Shown one piece after another: positions 18,505 through 28,826 of a DNA stretch of 53,215 bases. How positions within the stretch are numbered: the first letter of the stretch is position 1; the number at the start of each line of letters is the position of its first letter. The notes under the pieces are model-generated. The model saw nothing but the letters and a program-made list of their open reading frames with translations, had not been told where the DNA came from and ran no database searches. Origin of the DNA: an uncultured Pseudomonadales bacterium (GTDB taxonomy: Bacteria > Patescibacteriota > Microgenomatia > UBA1400 > PJMF01); NCBI GenBank assembly GCA_964457085.1, contig CAYWDM010000007.1, forward strand, positions 1 to 53,215. Reading direction: 5' to 3'. The position numbers and the translations under genes were made by a program.

Positions 18505-20766
18505 CTAAATCTTAATTATTTTGATAGCTGCATCTCGCAGTCTAGCTGCTAATTCAAAGTCGAGAGCTTTTGATGCCTCAATCATTTTACGTCGTAGTTG
18601 AGCTGCTAATTTTTTGCGATCAGCTGGTGCCAGCTCATCAGGATCAATCGAATTGAGGTCAATCGATTCGCCTCTTTTGAGTTCGATTGTGTAGGCTGTT
18701 TTTTGCTCTCGCTCACTGGTTTCGCTATCATCTTCCAACTTTTTTTCCAACATTCGTTCACGGATTGGTTTTTGGATACCCAGCGGCGTAATACCTTGCT
18801 GCTGGTTAAATTCAATTTGCTTGGTTCGCCGGCGAGTGGTTTCGTCAATGGCAATTTGCATTGAGTTAGTGATTCGATCTGCATACAAAATGACTCGTCC
18901 ATTGACGTGCCGTGCAGCCCGACCCATGGTTTGAATCAGTGAGGTCGCTGAGCGCAGGAAGCCTTCTTTATCAGCATCTAAGATTGCTACCAAACTGACT
19001 TCAGGTAGGTCCAAGCCTTCACGCAGTAGATTAATTCCTACTAAGACGTCATACACACCTCGTCGCAAGTCATCCAAAATATCTGAGCGTTCTAGTGTTT
19101 CAACATCAGAATGGAGATAAGCAACCTTCGGTAGTTCTGGCAAATTTCGTAGGATGGTCTCAACTGGCACAGGCTTACCCATATCGTCAAATTGCACGTC
19201 ACCGAATTGATCAGTATAGCCTTTTAGCAATTTAATTAACTTGCCTTCATCATTGAGATATTCGGTTAATGCCTCAGCCATTTTTTTGGTAAGAGTAGTT
19301 ACCAAAACTCTTTCCCCGATTTGTTTGCGTCTGATTATTTCCCAAACCAAGTTTTCGAGTTGTTTTTCACTGGAGCGAATCTCGATTTCTGGATCAAGTA
19401 ATCCGGTAGGTCGGACCACTTGCTCAACCACCTCATTGCCAGCCTTGTCGATTTCCCAAGCATTTGGAGTAGCTGAGACGAACAGTCTTTGTTGAGTTTT
19501 TCCGAGGAACTCATCAAATTGTAGTGGCCGATTGTCGATGGCACTGGGTAACCGGAAGCCGTATTGAACCAAGGTTTCTTTGCGTGAACGATCGCCGTGA
19601 TGCATGCCACGAACCTGTGGTAGCGAAATATGACTTTCATCAACCATGGTTAGAAATCCAGGTTTTGAAACTGGGTTGAGGGTATTTTGAGCCTCGCCAA
19701 ATCGCTTGGCGTTTTCATGAAAGTATTCGATCAGCGAAAAAGGTGGCTCACCTGGTTTGCGACCATCAAAATAGCGCGAGTAGTTTTCAATTCCATTGGT
19801 GAAGCCAAACTCACGAATGTTTTCGAGATCATAATTCACTTTTTGGTTCAATCGGTAGGCTTCAACTAATTTGTTGGCAGTTTTAAGTTCAGCAACACGC
19901 AGAGCTAGATCTCGTTCGATTTCGATGATGGCGTCAGCTTGGGTTTTGGGATTAACCACGTAATGTTTGGCAGGATAAATAATGAATCGATGGGTTCCTT
20001 TTTGACCAGTGAATCCCCCATCCTCATATTTTTGGCCGGCTAATTGTTCTGCTGGAATAATGCTGCCACTGATTGGATCGATGGGATCGATGCTGACAAT
20101 ACGATTTTCCAAAGTATCGATTCGCAGTGCGATGTCCATGTAGGCAGGCCATAACTGAATCACATCACCACGAATTCGGTAGGCACCACGGCGGAGCTCA
20201 GCGTCAGAGCGATCATATTGGAGATTAGTAAACTGAGTTAATAAGTCTTCGCGAGCAATTAATTCGCCTTCAATTATTTCTAAAATGTATTGACCATACT
20301 CAACTGGAGAGCCAAGGTTATAGATGCAGGAAACCGAGGCAACCACAATTACATCTGGTCTAGTGAGTAAATTGGTAGTGGTAGCCAATCGCAGCCGATC
20401 AATTTCATCATTTATCTGCGATTCTTTTTCGATGTAGGTGTCAGAACTGGGAATATAGGCTTCAGGTTGGTAGTAATCGTAGTACGACACAAAATAACTA
20501 ACTGCATTATGCGGAAAGAAGTCGCGAAATTCTTGGTAAAGCTGAGCAGCGAGCGTTTTATTGTGGGCCATCACCAGCGTGGGACGCTGGAGCTGTTGAA
20601 TTACGTTGGCCATGGTAAAGGTTTTGCCTGAACCAGTCACACCGAGTAAAACTTGGTCGTTTTGACCATTTTTATATTGCTTAACGAGTTCAGCAATTGC
20701 CTCTGGTTGATCACCAGCGGGTTGATAGGAAGAGGAAAGTTCAAAGCGAGGCAGGATTTTGGGCAT
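18505..20766 (-). CDS. uvrB: Excinuclease ABC subunit B
   Basis: PAGDQPEAI, GVTGSGKTFT, YYDYYQPEAY, DESH, GINLLREGLDLPEV, C-terminal UVR motif LDFELAARLRD. Confidence 0.99.
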   Translation of the reverse strand: MPKILPRFELSSSYQPAGDQPEAIAELVKQYKNGQNDQVLLGVTGSGKTFTMANVIQQLQRPTLVMAHNKTLAAQLYQEFRDFFPHNAVSYFVSYYDYYQPEAYIPSSDTYIEKESQINDEIDRLRLATTTNLLTRPDVIVVASVSCIYNLGSPVEYGQYILEIIEGELIAREDLLTQFTNLQYDRSDAELRRGAYRIRGDVIQLWPAYMDIALRIDTLENRIVSIDPIDPISGSIIPAEQLAGQKYEDGGFTGQKGTHRFIIYPAKHYVVNPKTQADAIIEIERDLALRVAELKTANKLVEAYRLNQKVNYDLENIREFGFTNGIENYSRYFDGRKPGEPPFSLIEYFHENAKRFGEAQNTLNPVSKPGFLTMVDESHISLPQVRGMHHGDRSRKETLVQYGFRLPSAIDNRPLQFDEFLGKTQQRLFVSATPNAWEIDKAGNEVVEQVVRPTGLLDPEIEIRSSEKQLENLVWEIIRRKQIGERVLVTTLTKKMAEALTEYLNDEGKLIKLLKGYTDQFGDVQFDDMGKPVPVETILRNLPELPKVAYLHSDVETLERSDILDDLRRGVYDVLVGINLLREGLDLPEVSLVAILDADKEGFLRSATSLIQTMGRAARHVNGRVILYADRITNSMQIAIDETTRRRTKQIEFNQQQGITPLGIQKPIRERMLEKKLEDDSETSEREQKTAYTIELKRGESIDLNSIDPDELAPADRKKLAAQLRRKMIEASKALDFELAARLRDAAIKIIKI

Positions 20767-20892
20767 AAAAGGTGAAAATATCGGTGTGTTTGATGATTGG
20801 GATTTTTGAGCTAATCTTGCTATTATACCTCTCTCGAGTCAGTGCTAAAATACTGCGGTAAGCTAAAATAAAGTTTTAGTACATCTAATCAT

Positions 20893-20966
20893 GCGCCAAT
20901 AGCTCAGCTGGATAGAGCGGCTGCCTTCTAAGCAGTAGGTCACAGGTTCGAGTCCTGTTTGGCGCA
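20893..20966 (+). tRNA. tRNA-Arg(TCT)
   Basis: Acceptor GCGCCAA/TTGGCGC, anticodon loop CT-TCT-AA, GGTTCGAGTCC T-arm. CCA not encoded. Confidence 0.96.
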
Positions 20967-21003
20967 CAAAAAGTAGTTGAAGTTGATACTTTGAAAGAAA
21001 CAT

Positions 21004-21264
21004 ATGTCTGAGGGTACAAAAAACATGCAAATCGCCAGTTATCTCTGGCGGAGACTTGATGGGAGCATACGTATTCCAGCTGGTTTGGATGTCACTTCCA
21101 AACAATCATTAATTGATAGTTTGAGTAGATTGCATGGTGAAGCAATTCGGAGCATTTTAGTTCCACATTGCAACCCTGCCGAACCACTGCGCGATGCTGC
21201 GGACGTTGAAAATTTTATTACTTGGCTCGCTTTAAGACAGGCATTTGGCAAAGATGGAAGCTAA
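21004..21264 (+). CDS. Small hypothetical protein
   Basis: 86-aa ORF filling the gap after tRNA-Arg. No motif. Confidence 0.4.
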   Translation: MSEGTKNMQIASYLWRRLDGSIRIPAGLDVTSKQSLIDSLSRLHGEAIRSILVPHCNPAEPLRDAADVENFITWLALRQAFGKDGS

Positions 21265-21330
21265 AGACGGTTTGGTTATTTTACTTGTCCCCATCAAATT
21301 AGACTATTTCAGCTAAGTGTGACAGCGCAA

Positions 21331-22335
21331 TTATTCATCAAGTTTCTTTACTATTATTTGCGCTAAATAATCAGCCAATTCTTGATGTTCTTTAGAAGAT
21401 GGATGTCCCTCCAATTCAGAGATCTTATCTGGCAGAAATGCAGAATTTTCAATCACTTCTATCCCCTTTTTTGAAACAAGATCAGTATATGAATCCATAA
21501 TTGCTCCATAAAGACAATATTCTGCGTTACTTGTTAGCTCGCAGTGCATGATATTGGGCGAGGGCGAATATTTAAAAAATAAAGTTTTAGCCGGCACGAT
21601 TGCACTCACTAGTTGGTCAGCATAGCAATAGTTGCTGGAATTGCTTGTGCTTAGCGGATAATTGAGCATCAGATCCTTATTCCAAGCAAGTCGAAGATGA
21701 TAAGGCGCTAATGTAAGTTGGCCACATTTATTACCAAATGAGGCGCGAATGCTTTCAGTATTTGTGTAACGGAAATCTTCATTAATGCGAAAATCATTTT
21801 CCAGCATACTTATTAAGAATATGTCAGGGGAAAAGTAATTCTCAGCTAACTGATATAGTGAAAAAAATTCCTCAATACTATTCCCTGGTTCTGCCAAGGT
21901 CCAAACTTTGGTAGGAGTGTATTTGTTGAGATTGTTTTCCAACTTTTTACCCAACCGCTGCTGAGTCAAAACTCCCATTCCATATGCATTAGAATCACCA
22001 ATGATCACAATTTTTAGTGGTTTATTTGTTGTGAATTGCCGGTGATTGTTAATATTTCTTGAATAATTGCAGGCAATGGAATAGGTTGGTGCAGCTTGTT
22101 GTTCAAAGAGTTCGAGCAGGTCATTATTTCTCAGCTGGAAAAGTATTTTTTTGATAGCAGGGCTTTTTTCTTGGGCATCAGTATCGCTGGCGTAGTTGAA
22201 ACCATATCCGTGCAGCCATGATCGCTGAAATATGACTAAGTCATAAAGAAATTTTTCACTCACCCAAAAACAAATGGCTGCCGCCATCAAACTGGAGGTT
22301 AAAATGAAGAAAACTGTCCTTGCCCATCTTGCCAT
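21331..22335 (-). CDS. Membrane-anchored SGNH/GDSL hydrolase-like protein
   Basis: N-terminal TM, IIGDSNAYGMGV, LAEPGNS, ENDF, EGHP. Confidence 0.8.
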   Translation of the reverse strand: MARWARTVFFILTSSLMAAAICFWVSEKFLYDLVIFQRSWLHGYGFNYASDTDAQEKSPAIKKILFQLRNNDLLELFEQQAAPTYSIACNYSRNINNHRQFTTNKPLKIVIIGDSNAYGMGVLTQQRLGKKLENNLNKYTPTKVWTLAEPGNSIEEFFSLYQLAENYFSPDIFLISMLENDFRINEDFRYTNTESIRASFGNKCGQLTLAPYHLRLAWNKDLMLNYPLSTSNSSNYCYADQLVSAIVPAKTLFFKYSPSPNIMHCELTSNAEYCLYGAIMDSYTDLVSKKGIEVIENSAFLPDKISELEGHPSSKEHQELADYLAQIIVKKLDE

Positions 22336-22414
22336 AGGATCATACTAATGCAGATCAGCTCTATGTACATAGTGTGTTCTGGCATGAGTCAAGGTAAAAT
22401 ACTCAAGTAACCTT

Positions 22415-22488
22415 GCACTCGTAGCTCAGCTGGATAGAGTATCAGTTTCCGAAACTGAGGGTCACGCGTTCGAATCGCGTCGAGTGCA
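22415..22488 (+). tRNA. tRNA-Arg(CCG)
   Basis: Acceptor GCACTCG/CGAGTGC, anticodon stem TCAGT/ACTGA with loop TT-CCG-AA, GTTCGAATC. Confidence 0.96.
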
Positions 22489-22573
22489 CATCAGAGATCA
22501 GACTTCAGATATTTGTGGTCTGATGATATGATACATATCTGGTTTTGGCATGCCAAAGTCAGATAAACGCCAT

Positions 22574-22648
22574 GGTGGCTATAGCTCAGTTGGTTAGAGC
22601 GCCGCTCTGTGAAAGCGGAGGTCGCGGGTTCGAGTCTCGTTAGCCACC
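22574..22648 (+). tRNA. tRNA-His(GTG) with encoded G-1
   Basis: G-1, acceptor GTGGCTA/TAGCCAC, C73, anticodon stem CCGCT/AGCGG with loop CT-GTG-AA. Confidence 0.96.
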
Positions 22649-22699
22649 CATCGGTACTATTTTTCAATGTTTTCTGTCGTCTATCGCAACTATTGCTGA

Positions 22700-23356
22700 T
22701 TAAGTTACAAACTTCCGTGTTTTAAAAATGGTGGTTAGTAGACTGTCGGATTTCTCTTTTTCAGGATCGTTTTTTCTACACAAGACCACTCCTCGATGAG
22801 AGGGTTCATCGGCATGGTCGGAGTGGTACCAGTCATTTGCTAGTTCGTCAGCCTGTGGTGTCCAAACAGAGACTTTGCTGAGTAGGGAAAAATCAGCTAA
22901 ATGGATTGCCATTTTTGTGGGTATTGATGGCATCAGCCAATCGCTGCTCAACATCATAATTCCACCTGGTTCTAGTAAGCTTGAAAACTTGAGCAGGTAG
23001 TTCAATATTTCTTGGGCGGAAGATATATCACTCTGATCCCACGGGTCTTTGGCGTGAAGAACCGAAAAAAGCTGTTCTGGGTTGTATTTCCATATACTTG
23101 TTCTAATTCGATCGAATGTTGTCGCTTCATCTGGTTGTAGCGAACGGCTGCTAGCATCTAAGGCGACAACACTCAGACCAGAATTGCTCAGGTAGGCAGC
23201 ACTATTTCCTGAGCCAGCAAAAGCGTCTAAAGTTCTCGCACCTGTTCCAAACCGCGCAATTACTGCCTTAATCAAGCCGTCTAAGTAAGGAAGATATGAA
23301 TCTGGCAACTCCTTTTTGTTGTCAAAAGCTGCTTTTGGGTACTCTGTTTCAAACAT
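22700..23356 (-). CDS. Class I SAM-dependent methyltransferase
   Basis: TLDAFAGSG motif I, VVALDAS, LLEPGG. Confidence 0.75.
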   Translation of the reverse strand: MFETEYPKAAFDNKKELPDSYLPYLDGLIKAVIARFGTGARTLDAFAGSGNSAAYLSNSGLSVVALDASSRSLQPDEATTFDRIRTSIWKYNPEQLFSVLHAKDPWDQSDISSAQEILNYLLKFSSLLEPGGIMMLSSDWLMPSIPTKMAIHLADFSLLSKVSVWTPQADELANDWYHSDHADEPSHRGVVLCRKNDPEKEKSDSLLTTIFKTRKFVT

Positions 23357-23492
23357 TAATACTGATTTTACACTTTTACTGCAGCATCAATAAGCACTCT
23401 TTTGTGATTTCCCTAACAAGGTAATATTTTTGTGAGGGTTTACTTAAAGCCAGCTTGTTCTAATAGGATTGCTACTGTGTTAAAAATACACA

Positions 23493-24518
23493 GTGTCATA
23501 TACCAAAAAAAGATACTGGCAGCTGTTGCTGTTACTACTTACTTGTATTTGCTCAATGGGAGTTGCTTTCTGGCTAGCGGAGTTTATTTTTTACGATCGT
23601 ATTTTTTTCCAAAAATCAGCGTTGCATGGATATCACTATTGGTTTACTCACCAAGATGAATTAGAAGGTCATAATTATCTCGAACGATTGCTGCTTAATC
23701 ATCGTTTGATGGACATTAATAATTTATTGGTTGAGGTCGAAAATCCAGTTCTAAATAATTCATGTAGGAGCTTAACTCCAATCCAGGGTCGTACCTACAC
23801 TCACCAGAAACCACTAACGATTGCAATAATTGGTGACTCAGTTGCCTATGGTTCAGGCATTCGTCAATCACAGCGGTTTGGTCAAATATTAGAGCAAAAA
23901 ATTAATAAAATAGTACCTACAAAAGTATATAATTTGGCAGAAGTTGGCAATGGCATTGCAGACTACTATGCACTATATCGGTTAGCTCGTGATTATCTAC
24001 ATCCAGACCTGGTAGTGGTCACTATTATAGAGAATGATTTGGAGGTTTTGCCATCACGGTATCCAAACTCTGCAGCCACATTTCAACAATTAACAGCTGG
24101 TTGTATTGGCGATCCGCAAGCCGTTGTACTTTCTCCAACAACTGGTTGGGCAGAAACACTCAGTCAGCATGCAAAATTATTTACATCAACACAGTCAAAT
24201 TATTGTCTTTTAAAACAGTCGGCAGATTTTTTCAGTAATGATCCGCAGTTATTCTTTTACAGTTTATACGATTTTGAAATGAAAAATACTTGTGAGGTGG
24301 ACGAGTACTCTGAGGCTTGTTTGCATCGTTTTATTATGTCTACGTATAAGAAAACTCTGCAGCAGTACGGTAATACAGTTGAGGGGCATGTGATTGAGCA
24401 GAATAAAATAGTTACCGTCAGCAAACTAGAAGGACATCCAGGAGCAGTTACGCATATGCAGTATGCGGATGAGTTAAGTTCTATAATTTTGGAAAAGTAT
24501 CTTGCGAATGTTCGGTGA
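23493..24518 (+). CDS. Membrane-anchored SGNH/GDSL hydrolase-like protein (paralog of 21331-22335)
   Basis: N-terminal TM, IIGDSVAYGSGI, LAEVGNG, ENDL, EGHP. Motif order is colinear with the paralog. Confidence 0.8.
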   Translation: MSYTKKRYWQLLLLLLTCICSMGVAFWLAEFIFYDRIFFQKSALHGYHYWFTHQDELEGHNYLERLLLNHRLMDINNLLVEVENPVLNNSCRSLTPIQGRTYTHQKPLTIAIIGDSVAYGSGIRQSQRFGQILEQKINKIVPTKVYNLAEVGNGIADYYALYRLARDYLHPDLVVVTIIENDLEVLPSRYPNSAATFQQLTAGCIGDPQAVVLSPTTGWAETLSQHAKLFTSTQSNYCLLKQSADFFSNDPQLFFYSLYDFEMKNTCEVDEYSEACLHRFIMSTYKKTLQQYGNTVEGHVIEQNKIVTVSKLEGHPGAVTHMQYADELSSIILEKYLANVR

Positions 24519-24811
24519 ACCACAATATTTTTCTAGTTGGTGAGTATGTGCAAATTAAGCTATGGCAATGTATATCTTTTTTGAATTTTATCGATCAATA
24601 GCTCAGCAATTATAAGATTTTGTTTCGCTGATGGATGTTGCTCGCTATCTGAAACGCCATCGATTCTTTGTTGTGGGTTAAAACCGACAATGCTTGGTAG
24701 TAGCTACTTAGTAATTGTGACCAGTCTGCTTTGCTATCCTGCTAATTCACAAATAGAGATGTGTCACATAAATCTGATAGACTTTTTCTATTGCCATGAT
24801 TGTGAATTGAT

Positions 24812-25993
24812 CTAGATTAGTTCTGAGGCAAGACTTGCGGCTACTTGGTCAATCACATCTTTGCCGCGATTCGTCAGTTGCCATTTTTTTGGTGTAACCA
24901 TTAATAAGTCAGCACTGTTTAATTTTTCAAGTGAATTTTTACATTTTAAAGCTAGATTTAGGTAAAATTTTTGGTTAATCATTTCAACATCAATGCCATC
25001 ATTCAATCTCAGTCCAAGCACAATTGTCTGGATCAATTGTTCACTTTCAGTTGAAGTGGTAATCAAGGTCTTTGGCAATCTGTCGCTATCTAGTTCACTA
25101 ATGTAATTACCAATATGAGCTCTATTTTGCCAACTGATACCATCAACATATGATTCAGCTCCTGCACCGAGGCCGAGGTATGATTGGTTTTTCCAAAAGT
25201 TTAGATTATGCTGGCACTCGAAACCCGGTTTTGCAAAATTTGAGATTTCGTACTGTTTGTATCCCGCTGATTCAAGAGTGCGAACGGTGAGTTGATACAT
25301 TTGACGGTCAAGTTTTGAAGTTGATGGACTTAGTTTACCAGCCGCAGCAAGTCTACCGAACCTTGAGTGGTTATCGAGCTCTAGACTGTAACAAGAGATG
25401 TGGGTTGGATGACAGCCGATTGTCCTTTGGAGACTTTCTCTTAGCTCATCTAGTGTTTGATTTGGAAGGCCAAACATTAAGTCTAAATTATAATTATTGA
25501 TAGAGCTATTCTGTAATAATTTTATAATTCTCTCAAAGTCAGTAATTTGATAGGGACGATTTAGTTCAGCTAAAATGTGTGGTTGCCAGGCTTGCACACC
25601 AATACTGAGTCGATTGATGCCTGCGTTTGCATAGATTGTTATTTTCTCTGCAGTAATTGATTCAGGATTCGCTTCCAAGCTAATTTCGGTGTTATCTTCG
25701 ATTTCACAGACACTAGAAATTTTTTGTAGAATTTTTTTGATTAAACTGGCCGGAATGAGTGATGGTGTGCCGCCACCAAAGTAAATAGTTTTAATAGAAT
25801 GCTTTTTAAGCATTCCAGCTTGAAGCGAAATTTCTTTTTCAAGCACCTGGCAATATACAGGAATATATTTTTCTTGACCTGCAAGTGAAAAAAATGCGCA
25901 GTAATGACACTTTTGAGCACAAAATGGAATGTGTATGTAAAGATTTAGTCCGGGCATTTCACTTTCCGAGTGTGCAGCAAGTGTTGCTAACAT
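24812..25993 (-). CDS. hemW: Radical SAM HemN-like protein / heme chaperone HemW (alternative start 25957)
   Basis: LYIHIPFCAQKCHYCAF, YFGGGTPS, EANP, NRLSIGVQ, QYEISNFAKPG..CQHNLNFW, YLGLGAGA. Confidence 0.9.
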   Translation of the reverse strand: MLATLAAHSESEMPGLNLYIHIPFCAQKCHYCAFFSLAGQEKYIPVYCQVLEKEISLQAGMLKKHSIKTIYFGGGTPSLIPASLIKKILQKISSVCEIEDNTEISLEANPESITAEKITIYANAGINRLSIGVQAWQPHILAELNRPYQITDFERIIKLLQNSSINNYNLDLMFGLPNQTLDELRESLQRTIGCHPTHISCYSLELDNHSRFGRLAAAGKLSPSTSKLDRQMYQLTVRTLESAGYKQYEISNFAKPGFECQHNLNFWKNQSYLGLGAGAESYVDGISWQNRAHIGNYISELDSDRLPKTLITTSTESEQLIQTIVLGLRLNDGIDVEMINQKFYLNLALKCKNSLEKLNSADLLMVTPKKWQLTNRGKDVIDQVAASLASELI

Positions 25994-27018
25994 TTGGAAA
26001 AGTCTAAACGAGGAAAAATATGTACTTGATCAAAATTTGGCAGGTCTAACATTACCACTTTTTCATCATGATATTCAGTTTTTTTACAATGTTCCCATTG
26101 TGTTGGTGTGAGCACTCTTTCATAAAAACGCTCGCCATCAGTTTCTAGTACTCCATATCCAACCCAATATTTAGCAACCGATGTCTTGGTACTGCCTATG
26201 CCAATAAAATCTTTGGTTGGTTTGGTGAAAACAAGTACATTGTCAGGAGATTTCACGATTTGTGTTACTTTTGGTAGATTATAACTACCAGATGTTTCGT
26301 ACAGCGCAGCTTGATATATTTTTTCTGATTTTGCTGCCTCATCTAATAAATCCCAACGTTCTCTGCCATTCCATTTAATGTTCAACTCAGACATTTTTCG
26401 ATATCTTACTTGTTGTTCTGCTGGCCATGACGCGTAATCTTTGGCAGCCATTGCTTTGCCGGTTTCGAGTGCCTCAATTCCTTCTGTGCGGGTATATATA
26501 TCTGTGTCGAGTAAAATGCTGAGTTTTACATTTTTAGGACAGTGAACTTGGAAAAGATCAAGTATTTTTTGCAAAGATTTTACATACTGTTTGATCTCAT
26601 CAGTGGTCAGGTTATCATGAAGCTCCATCAATAGTGTGTGTAGGAAGAATGTCATCTCAACGCCGGGTTTGTATGCGGCAGCAATTGGTGCAATATATTC
26701 CAATAGGTGTGCGACTACAAAGAATTCCGCCCAGTCAGCTGTCGGTGACGATGGCAATCTCCAGAGTTTGTAGCCACCTTGAGGAAATACAATTTTTATT
26801 GGCAAGTTACTCTTAATTTTTGTAGCAATTGCCGTGTTTGTTCGATCAATGCATGCGGGGTCAAGTTTCCACTTTCTGAATTTTTTTGAAAACAGTCTGG
26901 AAACAATAAATGAATGCATGCCAATTTCAGAAAGAGCAACATGATCCGATTCTGTCAGTAAATGATGCCCACATTCGTGTAGTCGTGCTAGAAGATATTG
27001 TTGAGCGGTTTGTGACAT
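25987..27018 (-). CDS. Hypothetical enzyme, possibly a distant DIT1/PvcA (isonitrile synthase)-like protein
   Basis: PIKIVFPQGGYK...PTADWAE...IAAAYKPGVEMTF echoes the PvcA pattern PI.F..P.FPxK...PD.AE...I...Y.PG..I. The ORF is real; the family call is tentative. Confidence 0.45.
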   Translation of the reverse strand: MSQTAQQYLLARLHECGHHLLTESDHVALSEIGMHSFIVSRLFSKKFRKWKLDPACIDRTNTAIATKIKSNLPIKIVFPQGGYKLWRLPSSPTADWAEFFVVAHLLEYIAPIAAAYKPGVEMTFFLHTLLMELHDNLTTDEIKQYVKSLQKILDLFQVHCPKNVKLSILLDTDIYTRTEGIEALETGKAMAAKDYASWPAEQQVRYRKMSELNIKWNGRERWDLLDEAAKSEKIYQAALYETSGSYNLPKVTQIVKSPDNVLVFTKPTKDFIGIGSTKTSVAKYWVGYGVLETDGERFYERVLTPTQWEHCKKTEYHDEKVVMLDLPNFDQVHIFPRLDFSKC

Positions 27019-27105
27019 ATTGTTTAAATTATTTAATGCTGTGAACTTGATTAGATATGATTATAATCTATCTTGATTGAAACACTAGATAAGTGTCTTG
27101 TTTAT

Positions 27106-28029
27106 ATGTTAGATGTTTATAAATTATCAAAAAGTTTCCCGACTTCAAAGGCTGATGTTTTTACAGCTGTTGATGAGGTTAGCTTTTCATTGGCTAAGGG
27201 TGAGATTTTGGGATTGCTTGGTCCAAATGGCGCTGGTAAAACCACAACACTACAGATGCTGCTGGGCATCCTGACACCAACTAGTGGAAAAATTGAATAT
27301 TTTGGCAAAGATTTCATAAAGAACGAAGAAGAGATACTTGAGCAAGTAAACTTTTCATCAACATACACAAATTTACCGTGGGCACTGACTGTTAAAGAGG
27401 CGTTGACCTACTCTGCATATTTATATGCAATAGATGATAGACAGTCTAGAATTTTGAAAATGGTAGAGATTTTTCGCTTGGGGAAACTGTTTAATAGTGA
27501 AATTAATAGTTTGTCAGCTGGCCAACTAACCAGATTAAATTTGGCAAAAGCATTCTTAAACTATCCGAAAGTTTTGCTGCTGGATGAGCCAACTGCTTCA
27601 CTTGATCCTGAAACAGCGGATCATATTCGACAATTCATTTTAAAACAGCGTGAAGATTTTGGTGTTTCTATATTATTTACTTCTCACAATATGGCAGAGG
27701 TTTCGCAGGTTTGTGATCGGGTGATGTTTATCAACCACGGAAAAATCGTTGCCATTGATACACCTGCAAATTTAGCCAAACAAATTAAGCACGCTAAACT
27801 TGAATTAGTTGTAATTGATGGGTTGAAAAGAATCATTAGATTTTGTGGTGAGCAGCAACTAGCGTATGTAGACAAGCACAGATCAGTAACAGTTGAGATT
27901 CCTGAGCATAAAATTGCAAGCTTTTTGCAGCTACTTGCAGACAACAAGATCTCATACGATCAAATTTCAATCCAAAAGCCTGATTTAGAGGACTACTTTT
28001 TGGCGATGACACGGGAGAAACAAGCATGA
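27106..28029 (+). CDS. ABC-2 type exporter ATP-binding subunit
   Basis: GPNGAGKTT, LSAGQ, LLLDEPT, SHNM. Start at ATG 27106 (ORF track gives 27073). Confidence 0.95.
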   Translation: MLDVYKLSKSFPTSKADVFTAVDEVSFSLAKGEILGLLGPNGAGKTTTLQMLLGILTPTSGKIEYFGKDFIKNEEEILEQVNFSSTYTNLPWALTVKEALTYSAYLYAIDDRQSRILKMVEIFRLGKLFNSEINSLSAGQLTRLNLAKAFLNYPKVLLLDEPTASLDPETADHIRQFILKQREDFGVSILFTSHNMAEVSQVCDRVMFINHGKIVAIDTPANLAKQIKHAKLELVVIDGLKRIIRFCGEQQLAYVDKHRSVTVEIPEHKIASFLQLLADNKISYDQISIQKPDLEDYFLAMTREKQA

Positions 28030-28823
28030 AAATTCTTGGAATAAATCCTCGTCGAGTGATGGCAATGGTGATGCGATATTGGTTTTATTTACGACATAGT
28101 TATGATCGTCTGAGTGATATGTTTTATTGGCCAATGATTGACCTATTGCTATGGGGAATCACAAGTCAATATTTGCAAACACAAGGCAGTGGCTCGAACT
28201 TGAGGTACATGATTATCTCTGGATTGATATTCTGGATTGCTGTTTGGCGAGCTCAATATGAAATCACTGTCAATTTTCTTTCAGAACTCTGGGATAAAAA
28301 CTTAGTGAATATTTTTGTATCACCACTTCGATTTACAGAATGGCTGACTGCCGTGTATGTGGTGGGAATTACTAAGTTGGCTGTTAGTTTTACATTCGCA
28401 AGTGTGATGGCTTATTTGTTGTACAAAGTAAACATACTTAACTATGGTTGGTATGCACCAGTATTCACAGTGATATTAATGATAATGGGCTGGTCAGTTG
28501 GTATGCTGGTCGCAAGTATAATTCTGCGATTTGGTACTAAGGCTCAGACTCTTGCATGGTGCGCAGTGATGGTTGTTTCACCATTTTCAGCTATTTTTTA
28601 CCCACTCAGCACATTGCCTGTTTGGGCGCAACATATTTCAAGGTTGGTGCCTGCGAGTTATGTTTTTGAAAATTCTAGATTATTGGTTAGCGATGGCTAT
28701 GTGCGCTGGAACGAGCTGGCAATAGCACTAGGAATCTCAATTGTATATTTTCTAATCGCATTCAAACTAGTCTCTACAGCTTTCATGAAGGCAAAGGAAA
28801 GAGGCTTGATTAAGGTGTATTAG
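28026..28823 (+). CDS. ABC-2 type permease
   Basis: About six TM segments, FSAIFYPLSTLPVWAQ..S..VPASYVFE. ATGA overlap with the ATPase gene. Confidence 0.92.
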   Translation: MKILGINPRRVMAMVMRYWFYLRHSYDRLSDMFYWPMIDLLLWGITSQYLQTQGSGSNLRYMIISGLIFWIAVWRAQYEITVNFLSELWDKNLVNIFVSPLRFTEWLTAVYVVGITKLAVSFTFASVMAYLLYKVNILNYGWYAPVFTVILMIMGWSVGMLVASIILRFGTKAQTLAWCAVMVVSPFSAIFYPLSTLPVWAQHISRLVPASYVFENSRLLVSDGYVRWNELAIALGISIVYFLIAFKLVSTAFMKAKERGLIKVY

Positions 28824-28826
28824 CCT

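Noticed and set aside
20863-21105. 80-aa minus-strand ORF
   Set aside because: It is the antisense shadow of tRNA-Arg(TCT).
22537-22566. Palindrome TTTGGCATGCCAAA between tRNA-Arg and tRNA-His
   Set aside because: Single copy, best explained as a precursor-tRNA spacer hairpin.
24616-24681. Peptide DFVSLMDVARY resembling a KilA-N start, in a 290-nt intergenic gap
   Set aside because: It is bounded by stops and too short to distinguish from chance. At most a decayed remnant.
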